In this document: piece after piece, positions 18,527-29,118 of the stretch
Layout of the letters: every line of letters starts with the position of its first letter
How positions within the stretch are numbered: the stretch's first letter is position 1
Source: Candidatus Poribacteria bacterium
Lineage (GTDB): Bacteria > Poribacteria > WGA-4E > WGA-3G
Direction: 5' to 3'
NCBI GenBank assembly: GCA_963663765.2
Contig: CAXXUA010000006.1
Span: forward strand, 416,001-480,000
DNA length: 64,000 bases
Notes under the pieces: model-generated
Told to the model about the DNA's origin: nothing
What the model saw: the letters and a program-made list of their open reading frames with translations, nothing else
Database searches by the model: none
Made by a program: the position numbers and the translations under genes

Positions 18527-21500
18527 ATGAAGTCATTAAAAGATATTATCCAGCTCTGTCATCAGCGACATCAAAAGCCTTTACGACAACGTAGGACAGA
18601 GGTAACACCTGCCGTCTATACGAAGGATCATCCGAATCAGTACACGGTTTACTGTGCGCACCGTTACCCTGTGATGCTTCATGCCTTAGAGCAAGCACAT
18701 ATTTCTTTTATGCCTATTGGTCGTGCCCCTTGGAACGATCAGGGTCCAAAGTATTTTAAAGGCAACCGTTTCTTGAAACGTCAGGGAATCACAGATTGGG
18801 AGATTAAACAGTGGAATGCCTCGTGGGGTATCAAGTTATATACAGGTATGCCTTCGGAACGCAACGGTGCGCGATGGCACAATTTGCACTTCAAGTATGA
18901 GGCGATCTGTGCAGCGCCAGATGCTGTTTCTGATTGTATCGAAGCACTTCTCAATATCATGAATAACCCGCTTTTGACATTAGGCAAATCGGGGGGGCTC
19001 CGTTTCTCATGTAGAGTCCAAGATTATCTTCATCCCAATACTGAAGCAGCGAAGTTGTATATCTACAAAGACATAGCAAAGGTAGAAAATATCTATCAAC
19101 GTGACGTGTATCTTGAGATATTTGGTGATGAAGGACATACTCGGTGGGATGCGCGCTATGAGCTCCTCTTTGGGAACCTGTTGGACCCACCTGTTATTGA
19201 CAAAGATGTGCTTTTTGCCCCCGTTGATGTGCTCCGTGCGAAACTTCACGAACCTGCTCCTGATAACACAGAAGGGAAACAAATTGTCACACGCATCCCT
19301 CTACCTCTCGGTTCAGAAAACCTTGATCATGCAAAAGAAGCATTTTTGCGGCGTGGATTTTCTTATCTCCGACAAAAGGACGGTTTTCACCACTGGACAC
19401 AATCCGAAGAAACTAATGGTGATGAAGAAGTAGTATTATTTGAAAGCGAAGGGGTCGTATGGATCCGCGCATCTACAGCTGATAGTGGGTTACCGACTCA
19501 GTCTACACCGATCACAGATATTTGGGACGATACAGGTATTTCACCCTTGATAGATAGTGCAAGCCCTTCTGCGAACGTAAAAATGAAGCAGGTCCGAAAA
19601 GAAGAACTCAGTCCATTGGCGATAAAACGACCCTCTCCCGTATTAGGACAAGATGATAACACCGAAAAGCAAGAGACACTCCAAAGGGATGTGTTTCAGA
19701 TAGAAAACGTGTTTGACCAAGGTATACGTATCCTTGGAATCATCACAGGCATAGGTCCGTGGGACCAACAAGCAGAAGAAACGTATTTCCTTAACGGGGG
19801 CGTAATTACCGTAAATACGCCAAATCTAATATCCGCAGAGGGAGCAGAGAGATACTTTCAGGAGCAAGATATACCCTCGGTTGTCTATTGGAAACCTCGA
19901 ACACACCTCTGGGAACAAGTCAAAGATATCCCGATACAAGAACGTATCAATACGCCATTTCAACATGGCAACGTCTGTGAAGACGCAGAAAGGTGTTTCG
20001 CTCTTGAGGAGAAAGGTGGAAACCCGAATGAAAGCATCTGTCCACAGTGTCCCGTCTATGTCGAGTGTCAGCAACACGGATATTTGTCCCAATTTGCCGA
20101 AGCACAAAAGGCAAAGGTACAATTGTTGACGATCCCGCACCTGTTTTTTGATCCACAATATACCGAATTAGTTGAACAGATTCTCACACAAAATGACGCA
20201 ACCGAACGACTTTGTGTTATCAATCAACAGCGAACACATAAGTTATTCCTTGAATGTAGCCTCTCAAAGAACGTTATGGAGGAATGGGTTACGAACTGGG
20301 AAGGTTCTGAATTAGGTAACTTCGCCAAAACATTGCTCAGTGCGTTGGATATTGAGGACAAGTTATATGGCGATGCTGTCAAAGGTATCCGTGCAGTGAT
20401 GCAAACCTTTGAATTGTTAGCAGAAACGCTTATACAGCAGATGTGTCAAGTGATTGCACGCGGCAGGTTAGTCGAACAAGAGTTCGTTGACCCTGATACC
20501 AGAAGGACATTGGCATGTTTTTCCATAGAATTTGAAGGGGGTGCCTCTGCATATATCCCCTTAGACAGTAGTGCTGCAGACAAACTCAACGAAAAAGGAT
20601 TACCCGTTTTACCTGCATCTTTTCCGCTCGACGCAGAAGACATAAGCGTTCCGATGTTAATGACGGAGGCAATTGCGTTAGGTATCTTGAATACAGACAC
20701 TGTTGGCACCATTGAGCATTTTCCCACCGTTTGTCGGCAGCAAGACTGGACATATTGGCACCAACTCAAAAGGTTTTTCGCATATTACAAAAGAGACACT
20801 GACGCACCGATCCGATGGGATGGCGAAGTTCTGCGCTTTTGGGTGCCACCCGTGCTGCATGAAAACGTCAAACGGCTTTTGTTGGTATCGTCAGTATTTT
20901 CTGAAGAACATCTCCACAGAGTTTTCCCCGATGAAAACCTGCAGACCCATTGGACTGACCCCATACCCTGGAGCCACGTAAGCCGCGTCTTTCAGGTCCG
21001 CACTGGCACCTATCCGTCTGAAACTATACTTGATTACCACAACTGGAGTCAGATCAGACTTTCAAAAACAGGACAACGTTTTCTTAGTAGCATCCAAGCG
21101 GAGATTGAGTCGGATTTGAAAGTTAAACATGCGATTTTAACCAATAAAGATATTGCCAGACGTTTGGACAATATAACAAAGAACAGGAACGTTTGCTTCG
21201 TAGATAATGTAAAGAAAATCAGGATGCCCGGTACCCTAACTGCAGATGTTATTTGGGTGATTGGAACGCCACGTCGTTCAACGACCGCTATTTGGCAGCG
21301 CGCACAGATGTTGTTTGGCAATGATCAAGAACCGCTTTCTTATGAATACGCAATAGAAACCGGTACCTACAAAGATGCACGGCTACAAAGCATTTATGAG
21401 GAGGATGTAATTTATACACTCACAGAAATTATTGTGAAAGCTGAATTGGATCAATTGACGGATAGACGGATTGTGTTGATCGCAGGGGTACCCCTTCCCA

Positions 21501-21907
21501 ACATTACAAACAGGCCTGAAACTTCCATCTTTGACTGGGAAGATTTTGAAATTGCGGGCGGATTAGATAAACTTCCTGAGATAATAGACATACGCGAACG
21601 TTTTGAACAGGAACGGGAAAACCTTACGGCTGACTCCAGTAGAGCGGAAGTGCAACGGGTATTGGGTTGCTCCCAGAGACAAGCGAACAGAGTTTTGCAA
21701 AGGCTTAGAGGGGGGAACATCCAACGTAAAACCTTCCGAGAGCAAATCCTTTCTCTCCTCTCCGAAGGCGAGAAAAAGACAGGCGAAATCACTGATGCCA
21801 TCAACGGACATCCAGAGGCGATACAACACGAACTCTCACGGCTCGTGGAGGCGGATGAAATTGTCAGAGTTCGCCGCGGGTTATATGCTTTATCAGAAGT
21901 TAGGTAA
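18527..21907 (+). CDS. Large hypothetical protein, paralogue 1: degenerate Prim-Pol-like, Cys cluster, degenerate SF2-helicase-like and C-terminal HTH/winged-helix regions
   Basis: Long ORF. Start chosen by alignment with paralogue 2 and AGGAG at ~18509. C-x5-C-x14-C-x2-C-x5-C motif. The tail LSRLVEADEIVRVRRGLYAL resembles a wHTH. Confidence 0.8.
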   Translation: MKSLKDIIQLCHQRHQKPLRQRRTEVTPAVYTKDHPNQYTVYCAHRYPVMLHALEQAHISFMPIGRAPWNDQGPKYFKGNRFLKRQGITDWEIKQWNASWGIKLYTGMPSERNGARWHNLHFKYEAICAAPDAVSDCIEALLNIMNNPLLTLGKSGGLRFSCRVQDYLHPNTEAAKLYIYKDIAKVENIYQRDVYLEIFGDEGHTRWDARYELLFGNLLDPPVIDKDVLFAPVDVLRAKLHEPAPDNTEGKQIVTRIPLPLGSENLDHAKEAFLRRGFSYLRQKDGFHHWTQSEETNGDEEVVLFESEGVVWIRASTADSGLPTQSTPITDIWDDTGISPLIDSASPSANVKMKQVRKEELSPLAIKRPSPVLGQDDNTEKQETLQRDVFQIENVFDQGIRILGIITGIGPWDQQAEETYFLNGGVITVNTPNLISAEGAERYFQEQDIPSVVYWKPRTHLWEQVKDIPIQERINTPFQHGNVCEDAERCFALEEKGGNPNESICPQCPVYVECQQHGYLSQFAEAQKAKVQLLTIPHLFFDPQYTELVEQILTQNDATERLCVINQQRTHKLFLECSLSKNVMEEWVTNWEGSELGNFAKTLLSALDIEDKLYGDAVKGIRAVMQTFELLAETLIQQMCQVIARGRLVEQEFVDPDTRRTLACFSIEFEGGASAYIPLDSSAADKLNEKGLPVLPASFPLDAEDISVPMLMTEAIALGILNTDTVGTIEHFPTVCRQQDWTYWHQLKRFFAYYKRDTDAPIRWDGEVLRFWVPPVLHENVKRLLLVSSVFSEEHLHRVFPDENLQTHWTDPIPWSHVSRVFQVRTGTYPSETILDYHNWSQIRLSKTGQRFLSSIQAEIESDLKVKHAILTNKDIARRLDNITKNRNVCFVDNVKKIRMPGTLTADVIWVIGTPRRSTTAIWQRAQMLFGNDQEPLSYEYAIETGTYKDARLQSIYEEDVIYTLTEIIVKAELDQLTDRRIVLIAGVPLPNITNRPETSIFDWEDFEIAGGLDKLPEIIDIRERFEQERENLTADSSRAEVQRVLGCSQRQANRVLQRLRGGNIQRKTFREQILSLLSEGEKKTGEITDAINGHPEAIQHELSRLVEADEIVRVRRGLYALSEVR

Positions 21908-21957
21908 GACTTTGTCCAATTCCGTCCCTTCACCGCGCCCGCGATGATTCCAAACTG

Positions 21958-22082
21958 GTGTTGCACCATTAGCCGTTACATGCTAAAATGCGAGCAGAAC
22001 ACACATTGAATAGGAGTGGGCACGCAGCCCCAGCATAACACGGCTACACGGCAAAAGGGGACGACTGCCCGAAATGTTGATG
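21958..22082 (+). promoter_or_regulatory. Promoter and leader cassette, copy 1 (TTGCAC-N17-TAAAAT with extended TG, AGGAG, hairpin, ATGTTGATG)
   Basis: 125-bp direct repeat of 27857-27981 with one mismatch. Confidence 0.8.
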
Positions 22083-22310
22083 AATTGGGTACAATTTCAA
22101 GACATAATTTTCAACTTAGAACATGTCACACACTTCTATGTAATCGGATCAGAGAAAAACGCAGAAATTACTGCGTACCTCAATTTCGGATACCCAGGAA
22201 TGTGGGGTATCGGAGACAAGCAACACTATATTATAGTCGGCAAAGGCAAAAAAGAAGAATGTAAAAAATGGTTAAATGACATTCTTGCTGGTGAATACAA
22301 TATAGAATGA
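22074..22310 (+). CDS. Small hypothetical protein (78 aa)
   Basis: Protein-like composition. Starts with the same ATGTTGATG as thiO, behind the duplicated promoter. Confidence 0.65.
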   Translation: MLMNWVQFQDIIFNLEHVTHFYVIGSEKNAEITAYLNFGYPGMWGIGDKQHYIIVGKGKKEECKKWLNDILAGEYNIE

Positions 22311-22636
22311 GGTAATGTCGGAGGTTACTCTCACATTGGTAGGAGCGATTTCCGATATTCTGTCTGAACCAGGGTTTCCAGGATGAACAGATTACCAAGA
22401 TTGTGAGTCTGGTGCTTTTTGCTGCCCTTTAATAAACAACACAAACGCCCATCAATAGCCCTGAATCAGGATGGTTGGAGAGTCGTTGACGATGTCACTG
22501 CGTTTGTCTGTCTTGATACGATACTGGTCTATAACCCACTCCAACGTAGAGTAGTGAATGCGGAAGGTTTATCACCACTATTCCAACGATTGATGTTCTG
22601 TAGTAATGAGTAATCAACAAGCAGACTGTCTTTATA

Positions 22637-24334
22637 TCACTGCGATTGCTGTGGAGGCGTTAGCATTGCGGCGATGTCAGCGGGGAGTTCTATATTAGTT
22701 TTCTGTTCAAAGTCTTTAACATTTTCATAGTCGTTGCGGAATGACTCAATAATATCATAACCCATGTTTTTTGCAGTCGTGAGGTCTGATTTTGCTTTTT
22801 CCCATTCTTGAAGATGCAACGAAGATTCACCACGGTTGTAATATGCCGCATTGTCCTCTGGATCCAGTTCAATCGCCTTGTCATAGTCTTGCATTGCACG
22901 TTCAAGATCCCCTTTGTCGGCGTAAGCACTACCACGGTTGATATTTGCTACACGCTTCTCAGGATCCAGTTCTATCGTTTTACTAAAGTCTTGAATTGCG
23001 CGTTCATAATCCCCTTTTTTCGCGTAAGCAATACCACGGTCATTATATGCTGTGCCTTCCTCAGGATCCAGATCTATCACCTTTCCAAAGTCTTGTATTG
23101 CATGTTCATGATCATCTATTTTCGCGTAAACATTACCACGTTCCAAATATGTCTTACTATCATCAGGTTTGAGTTCTATCGCTTTAGTGAAGTCTTGTAT
23201 GGCAAGGTCAACTTTTCCTTCAACTGCATAAACAAGTCCTCGACTTTGATAAGCTTCGTAGAATTCTGGATTCAATTCTATTGCCATGCTAAAATCTTTG
23301 AGAGCCTGAGTGGATTCTTGATTAAGTAAAGAAACAACCCCACGATAGAAATACAGAACATTTGTTGGGTTTAACTCTATCTCCTTGGTAAAATCCTCAA
23401 TAGATTGATCCAATTCATTTTTACCAAGGTAAGCAACCCCTCTATAGAAATATATTTTAGAATAATTTGGATCCAGTTGAATAACTGTGTTGTAATCCTC
23501 AATTGCACTATCGTCATCACCCATTTTGGTGTAGACAATCCCTCGGTTCTTATAGCTATTCAAGAAATCCGGTTTCAACGTTATTGCTTTAGTATAACAT
23601 CCCACTGCTTCAGTATAAGCAGCCTTTTCCTTTTCATTAGAGTCTGCTTCATCGCCGATCTTCTGCAAGGAAAGTCCACTGTAATATTCAGAGTAGGCAT
23701 CCCGATGTATTTCCTGTTTTCTTATGAAACTGTAAAGATCATTGAACATTGTATCTGTTGAGATGTTGTGTTCTGTCCTTAGATGTTGTAGTAACGGTTG
23801 CTTAAGATTGGCAGGAATAGTGACAATCTGTGATTTGTCTGGTTCAATAAAACCTTTGGGTGGCTGAACAAATACTATTTCCTGTGCGCTGAGACGATGC
23901 CGAGGATTTTTTGGTTTTAGTATCCAGTCCTCTATCATTGCAGTTTTCTGCACAATTACTCTTCCATCTTCGCCAAGTGCCCCATAACAAGCAAAGAAGA
24001 GTGCTATCAAGTGGTTAGTCGTGAAGTCTATCAGATTGGTTTTGCCACCATAATGTTGAAGTTCGGTTAATATGTCTAAGTCATTCTTTTTGTAAAGATA
24101 TTGCTTGACTTCGCCAATCATATCTCTTTGAACGAGTTCCAGATCAATCAATTCTTCATCACAATCGGCAAATTCTCTATAAAGACTTGAGAAGATTTTA
24201 CCAGTATCTTCTGGTTCACCACGATAGATGCATTCACTATCCGCTGATATTGCCTTTATCTCTTCAATAATTTCAAGAGCAGCCTTTTGTACGTTATCTT
24301 GAGAGTTAAGTTTCGTTGGCATATTCATTGTCAT
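22637..24334 (-). CDS. FRG-domain protein with C-terminal TPR array
   Basis: IYRGE, LQHYGGKTNLIDFT, ALFFAC and RL.AQ FRG motifs, followed by repeated Y.NRG...AI.DF.KAI.L.P units. Confidence 0.9.
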   Translation of the reverse strand: MTMNMPTKLNSQDNVQKAALEIIEEIKAISADSECIYRGEPEDTGKIFSSLYREFADCDEELIDLELVQRDMIGEVKQYLYKKNDLDILTELQHYGGKTNLIDFTTNHLIALFFACYGALGEDGRVIVQKTAMIEDWILKPKNPRHRLSAQEIVFVQPPKGFIEPDKSQIVTIPANLKQPLLQHLRTEHNISTDTMFNDLYSFIRKQEIHRDAYSEYYSGLSLQKIGDEADSNEKEKAAYTEAVGCYTKAITLKPDFLNSYKNRGIVYTKMGDDDSAIEDYNTVIQLDPNYSKIYFYRGVAYLGKNELDQSIEDFTKEIELNPTNVLYFYRGVVSLLNQESTQALKDFSMAIELNPEFYEAYQSRGLVYAVEGKVDLAIQDFTKAIELKPDDSKTYLERGNVYAKIDDHEHAIQDFGKVIDLDPEEGTAYNDRGIAYAKKGDYERAIQDFSKTIELDPEKRVANINRGSAYADKGDLERAMQDYDKAIELDPEDNAAYYNRGESSLHLQEWEKAKSDLTTAKNMGYDIIESFRNDYENVKDFEQKTNIELPADIAAMLTPPQQSQ

Positions 24335-24359
24335 CGGGAATCGGAGTTCCCTCCTACAG

Positions 24360-24671
24360 TTAACTGTCCAAGTTTCTTGCGTGCTTCATAATCGTATTAA
24401 ATATTATATCGCGTCTGCGTTGCTTGGTTTCCTTTACAGAAGTGAATGTGCTTTCTTCTGCATCATCTCTGACAGCATCGGATATCGCTTTCCTCAGTTC
24501 ACTTTTTGCATCTGCTGGTGGAGCAATATCTATGCCTTTAAAAAAGTCGTTCTTTAAAGTCTTAAGAATTGCCTCGCTTACACTGTATATGGTATCTTTT
24601 AAAGGCTTGAATTCACTTGTTTGCATATTCTTGCTGTCTGCGGAAACGGCTGCTATTTTTTTATTTGCCAT
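24360..24671 (-). CDS. Hypothetical protein (103 aa)
   Basis: ATG preceded by GGAGG. Co-oriented between the two FRG-TPR genes. Confidence 0.7.
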   Translation of the reverse strand: MANKKIAAVSADSKNMQTSEFKPLKDTIYSVSEAILKTLKNDFFKGIDIAPPADAKSELRKAISDAVRDDAEESTFTSVKETKQRRRDIIFNTIMKHARNLDS

Positions 24672-25176
24672 TAGACTTCCTCCATTTTAAAATGTAATTA
24701 ATCACCAGAGAATCACTATGAATCATTGGAATCGTATGTATTAGAATTTCAACAAAAATTACATAATACCTGAAAAGATGTCAATAAATTTTCATTGAAT
24801 ATGTGATCAGTTTCTATTTTAGATATTGGTAACGGTGTAATCATATATTTTCACTTTGCGTTAGGATCTCTTTGATGTCCTCTCGTAATGTAATATCAGT
24901 ATTCTGTTCAAACTCTTCAATGCTACCGAAATCTTCTTGAAATTTCTTAGCAACTTCCATTCCATTAGATTTTCCGGACTCTAAATCTTCCTTAGCTTCT
25001 TGCCAACGTTCTAATTTCAAGTACGCAGTGCCTCGATTGTAATATGCCTTACCATCACTTGGATGAAGTTGTATTGCTCTGCTAAAATCATCAACAGCAC
25101 TGTCAGGATCACCATTCTGAAGATAAGTTAAACCGCGGTATATATAGGTATCGGTATCATCTGGGTCTTTTTGTAA

Positions 25177-26128
25177 CAATACCTTCGCCATTTTTGAGTG
25201 TTTCAGTTGAATGAGTATATAGTGTTGATCTACCATTGCTTTGTGATATTGTTAGGATTACATAAATAAAAATAACTTCAGGTTTTCGTTGAAGTATTTT
25301 TATTTATCATAGCGTCTAATTTGACAATAGAAATGACTATATCAGCAATCTGTCAGAATAATTTATATGCACAATCTGGCAGAATGTGCTACAACTACCC
25401 GCACAATCTGGAAGAATGTGCTACAACTACCCGCACAATCTGGAAGAATGTGCTACAACTACCCGCACAATCTGGAAGAATGTGCTACAACTACCCGCAC
25501 AATCTGGAAGAATGTGCTACAACTACCCACACAATCTGGAAGAATGTCTATTATTGGCCAGGGTTATTTAGTTTTCAATATTTTTGATATTATTTTGCTA
25601 TGTCGTTAATTTTATGGGGTACCATCTTGTCCAGTTTTTTAGTCCCGTAGGGACGATATGTTTATAGAAAATGTTTTCCACCCCAATTGAGTTTCGTAGG
25701 AACGACATAGAAGAATAAACATATCGTCCCTACGGGACTAAAGAACTGTGGAGGGTATTCGTTTTCTATAAACATATCGTCCCTACGGGACTAAATGGTT
25801 GACTCGCTAAGTATTTGTGTTTTGAATTCCCTAAATCCACCCCCTTTTATCCCCCAGCAAGCGGGGGAAAGGACTTTTGGGTTTATTCTGTCCGTTCTCT
25901 ACATAATAAATGTTTAGCGAGTAAACCACTAAAGAACTGTGGAGAGTATTCGTTTTCTATAAACATATCGTCCCTACGGGACTAAAGAGCGATGTTCATG
26001 TTTCAATAATCTAAAACTGGTGCAGAAAGTTCGGTTAGGAAACCGAGCCTGGGTATTAACTTTCAGTAAATCTCAATAACAGAAAACTCTTAAAACTAAA
26101 TAACCTTGTATTATTGGCGAAGGTATTG
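25177..26128. mobile_element. MITE family A, copy 3 (7-bp TSD TTTGTAA), with about 5.5 copies of the 32-bp repeat (25369-25547)
   Basis: Perfect 14-bp TIRs. TSD at 25170-25176 and 26129-26135. Confidence 0.93.
25559..26108. mobile_element. ISAs1-derived MITE nested in MITE A (10-bp TSD TATTATTGGC), itself containing a 133-bp MITE at 25796-25928 (TIR TGGTT(G/T)ACTCGCTAA, TSD CTAAA)
   Basis: TIRs and both TSD pairs read directly. Confidence 0.88.
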
Positions 26129-27720
26129 TTTGTAAAGCTTTAGAATAATTATCTATTGCCTTTTCAAGATCATCCTTGCCAAAGTGGACAAACCCAAGTT
26201 CTTTATAGACATCAGTTAGGTCCGGATCAAGGTCTATTGCATCGGTATAACTAACTATTGCCCTATCAATGTCACCTTTACTGAGAGATACAAACCCAAG
26301 TTCTTTATAGGCATCAGCAAAGTCTGGATCAAGTTCTATTGCTCGGGTATAGTCTAAGATTGCATTGTCAAAATCTACCTTCTCATAGCGAATAATACCA
26401 CGGTGGACATAAGTCTTAGCAAGATCTTTTTCCAACCGTTTCACCTTGGTAGGATTTTCATTACTTGTTGCTAATATCTCCTCCTTCAGTTCAATCGCCT
26501 TGTCAAAATCGTCTTTCGCTAAGTCTAGAGCATTTTCAATTGGACCTGCATCCAAATAGGCAATACCTCGATATTGATGTGCCCAGAAAAGTATATCTTT
26601 ATCCACGGTTTGCATATTTTTATCTGGTGGGGAGATTACTTCCGTATAGCATCTGATTGCTTCCACTAACTCGTTCTTTTGATGTGCCTCAATACCTCGT
26701 TGCAGATAACCTTGTGCATCGGGTTTGAAGTCTGGTTTGCTCTGGACATGTAAACTTGCAAAACCCTCTGAGTCAGGATAGATTGTTGCGTCTTTAATAC
26801 CAGTGACTTTATCCAATGCTCTCAGAATGGGTTGTTTTCCAATCTTCATGATGACGCATTCATCTGCGGCTTCAATCTTTGCACCGCCGAAGATAAAAAC
26901 GGATTGCTGAGCAATAATACGATTGTTCTGTAGCTTCGGTTGCCATTGATAAAGCGGGTATCTACTATTGTTATCCTCAGTGAAAAAGTCTCCAATGGTA
27001 TTTTCTTCTAACAGTTCGGAAGTAACTGTTCTATATCGTGATGGATCGTCAACACGAACTGCATAGACTTTCCCATCTACTTCTTTCTTCTCATCGTTTG
27101 TTTTCTCAACATCAAGATTGTTCTCTTTACTCAAGTCTTTTTCTATTTTAGTAGCGAGATGTTCACAAGCAAACCAAAGGGCAATTAATGCATTACTGGT
27201 AAAATCTATTAAACAGGTGGCAGCACGATAGTGCTGAAGTTCTGCCAACAACGCCAAATCAGAAAGTCGTTTTCCATGTAATTGATCATGGCCAAGAAGG
27301 CGAGCATTCTCTATCAATTCCTGATTTATTTTGAGAAGTCTAACAGGATTATGTTTGTCTAAACCTTGTAGACGGCGACTGGCAGATGCCTCAATTTTGT
27401 ATGTCTTGTTTGGCACCCCACGGAATAGATATTGACCGTCGTTGAATTGTTCTGCCCATTTCAAAAAACCGCCGAGTGTTCTAACCCGACTTGGTCCTTC
27501 TTTCGCCATATAACCATTTTCTCCTTGATGTTAATCATACCACATGCTCCCTACTCATAGCAATAAAATGTCACAAATTTTATACGAGCCAACTACACGT
27601 TTAAGGAAACCTATACTGCCATCCTGGTTCTGACAATAGGGATGACAGCACAAGGACCCCGCCCTACAATGGAAAATTGGATTTCTGTGCAATAACTTTA
27701 CACACACCTCTGCATTCCAA

Positions 27721-27842
27721 CGAGGTTATTCAGTTTTAACCATTTTTCACATTTTTGTGAGAAAATCGCGACCGGGAGGTCGCTCCTACCGGGGGGTTTC
27801 TTTTTGGAAAAATCCAAAAATTAGGAAAACTGAATAACCCTG
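27721..27842. mobile_element. Short ISAs1-derived MITE with a REP half
   Basis: CGAGGTTATTCAGTTTT...AAAACTGAATAACCCTG flanked by CATTCCAA on both sides. Confidence 0.8.
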
Positions 27843-27856
27843 CATTCCAAACACAT

Positions 27857-27981
27857 GTGTTGCACCATTAGCCGTTACATGCTAAAATGCGAGCAGAACA
27901 CACATTGAATAGGAGTGGGCACGCAGCCCCAGCATAACACGGCAACACGGCAAAAGGGGACGACTGCCCGAAATGTTGATG
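27857..27981 (+). promoter_or_regulatory. Promoter and leader cassette, copy 2, upstream of thiO
   Basis: Direct repeat of 21958-22082. The -35 element is at 27860-27865. Confidence 0.8.
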
Positions 27982-29118
27982 GATAACGATAAGATTATCA
28001 TTATCGGTGGCGGAATGATTGGACTGGGTATCGGATGGCAACTGGCGAAAGCTGGAGCCGATGTCACCGTTTATGAACGCGGACAAGCCGGACGCGGTGC
28101 CTCGTGGGCAGCCGGCGGGATGCTCGGACCAATTGCTGAGGCACATATTGACGAACTTGACCTGCTGAAACTCAGCAACCAGAGTTTAGCACGATACCCA
28201 GTATGGGTCGATGAGTTAGAGACAGAAACTGAGATGTCAATCGGTTACCGAGCAGAAGGCACACTCATTATCGGCATTCAACCTGAAGACGCAGATCAAC
28301 TCCGGCATGCTTATACCTTGTATCAAGGTTTAGGGATGAATGTTGAATGGTTGAGCGGAGTAGAAGCACGTGAGATTGAGGGTGCACTTTCACCCTATGT
28401 GACGGCAGCGATTCGTTGTGAAACTGACCATCAAGTTGATAACCGGCTGATGGTGCAGGCACTCCAACGTGCTTTTCAGGGACGTGGCGGTGTGCTACAT
28501 CAAAATAGTGCTGTTGACCAAATTGTGATAGAAAATGGCACTGCAACCGGTGTTCAAACACAAGATGGGTTTCAGGCTGCTGATACGTTGATTCTCGCTG
28601 CAGGCTGCTGGTCCGCACAGATCGACGGTATACCGGATACGTTTGTCCCACCTGTGCGTCCTGTAAAAGGACAGATGTTGGCGTTACAAATGCGTGGGAA
28701 AGTAAAGATCAATAACGTCATCCGCACCGTCAAGGCGAGGTATCCGATGCCGGTCTATTTAGTGCCGAGAACGGATGGCAGACTGGTCGTCGGAGCAACA
28801 ACGGAGGAACTCGGGTTTGACACGGATTTGATCGTTGGCGGTATATATGAATTGCTACACGGTGCGTGTGAAGCGGTACCGGGTATTTATGAATTGCCGC
28901 TGATTGAATCTTGGACAGGTTTACGTCCGGGTAGTAGTGACAATGCTCCCATACTCGGTAAAACACCTATAGAGAATCTGATATACGCAACAGGACACTA
29001 TCGTAACGGCATCTTGCTCACACCTATCACCGCTGACGAAATCGCTAAACTGGTCTTGACAGGTGAGACATCAGACACAATCGCACCGTTCCATCTGGAC
29101 AGGTTTTCAAGGGACTGA
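27973..29118 (+). CDS. thiO: Glycine oxidase ThiO (FAD-dependent)
   Basis: IIGGGMIG; GASWAAGGML; PVKGQ; YLVPR.DG; VGAT; W.GLRP; ATGHYRNGILL.P.TA. Confidence 0.93.
   Translation: MLMDNDKIIIIGGGMIGLGIGWQLAKAGADVTVYERGQAGRGASWAAGGMLGPIAEAHIDELDLLKLSNQSLARYPVWVDELETETEMSIGYRAEGTLIIGIQPEDADQLRHAYTLYQGLGMNVEWLSGVEAREIEGALSPYVTAAIRCETDHQVDNRLMVQALQRAFQGRGGVLHQNSAVDQIVIENGTATGVQTQDGFQAADTLILAAGCWSAQIDGIPDTFVPPVRPVKGQMLALQMRGKVKINNVIRTVKARYPMPVYLVPRTDGRLVVGATTEELGFDTDLIVGGIYELLHGACEAVPGIYELPLIESWTGLRPGSSDNAPILGKTPIENLIYATGHYRNGILLTPITADEIAKLVLTGETSDTIAPFHLDRFSRD

Larger units (their letters stand above)
24841..27509 (-). pseudogene. Second FRG-TPR gene, split by MITE A copy 3
   Basis: YLFRG, LQHYRAATCLIDFT and NNRIIAQQSVF, then TPRs. 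Removing 25177-26128 plus one TSD rejoins ...YSKALQ to KDPDDTDTYIYRG... Confidence 0.9.

Noticed and set aside
21947-21959. 13-nt match to the CRISPR repeat reverse complement (ATTCCAAACTGGT) beside the duplicated promoter; 11-nt match at ~8322
   Set aside because: Short, not conserved in the second promoter copy and without a flanking spacer-repeat structure; compatible with chance.
27890-27972. TPP riboswitch upstream of thiO
   Set aside because: Conserved TPP aptamer motifs are absent.
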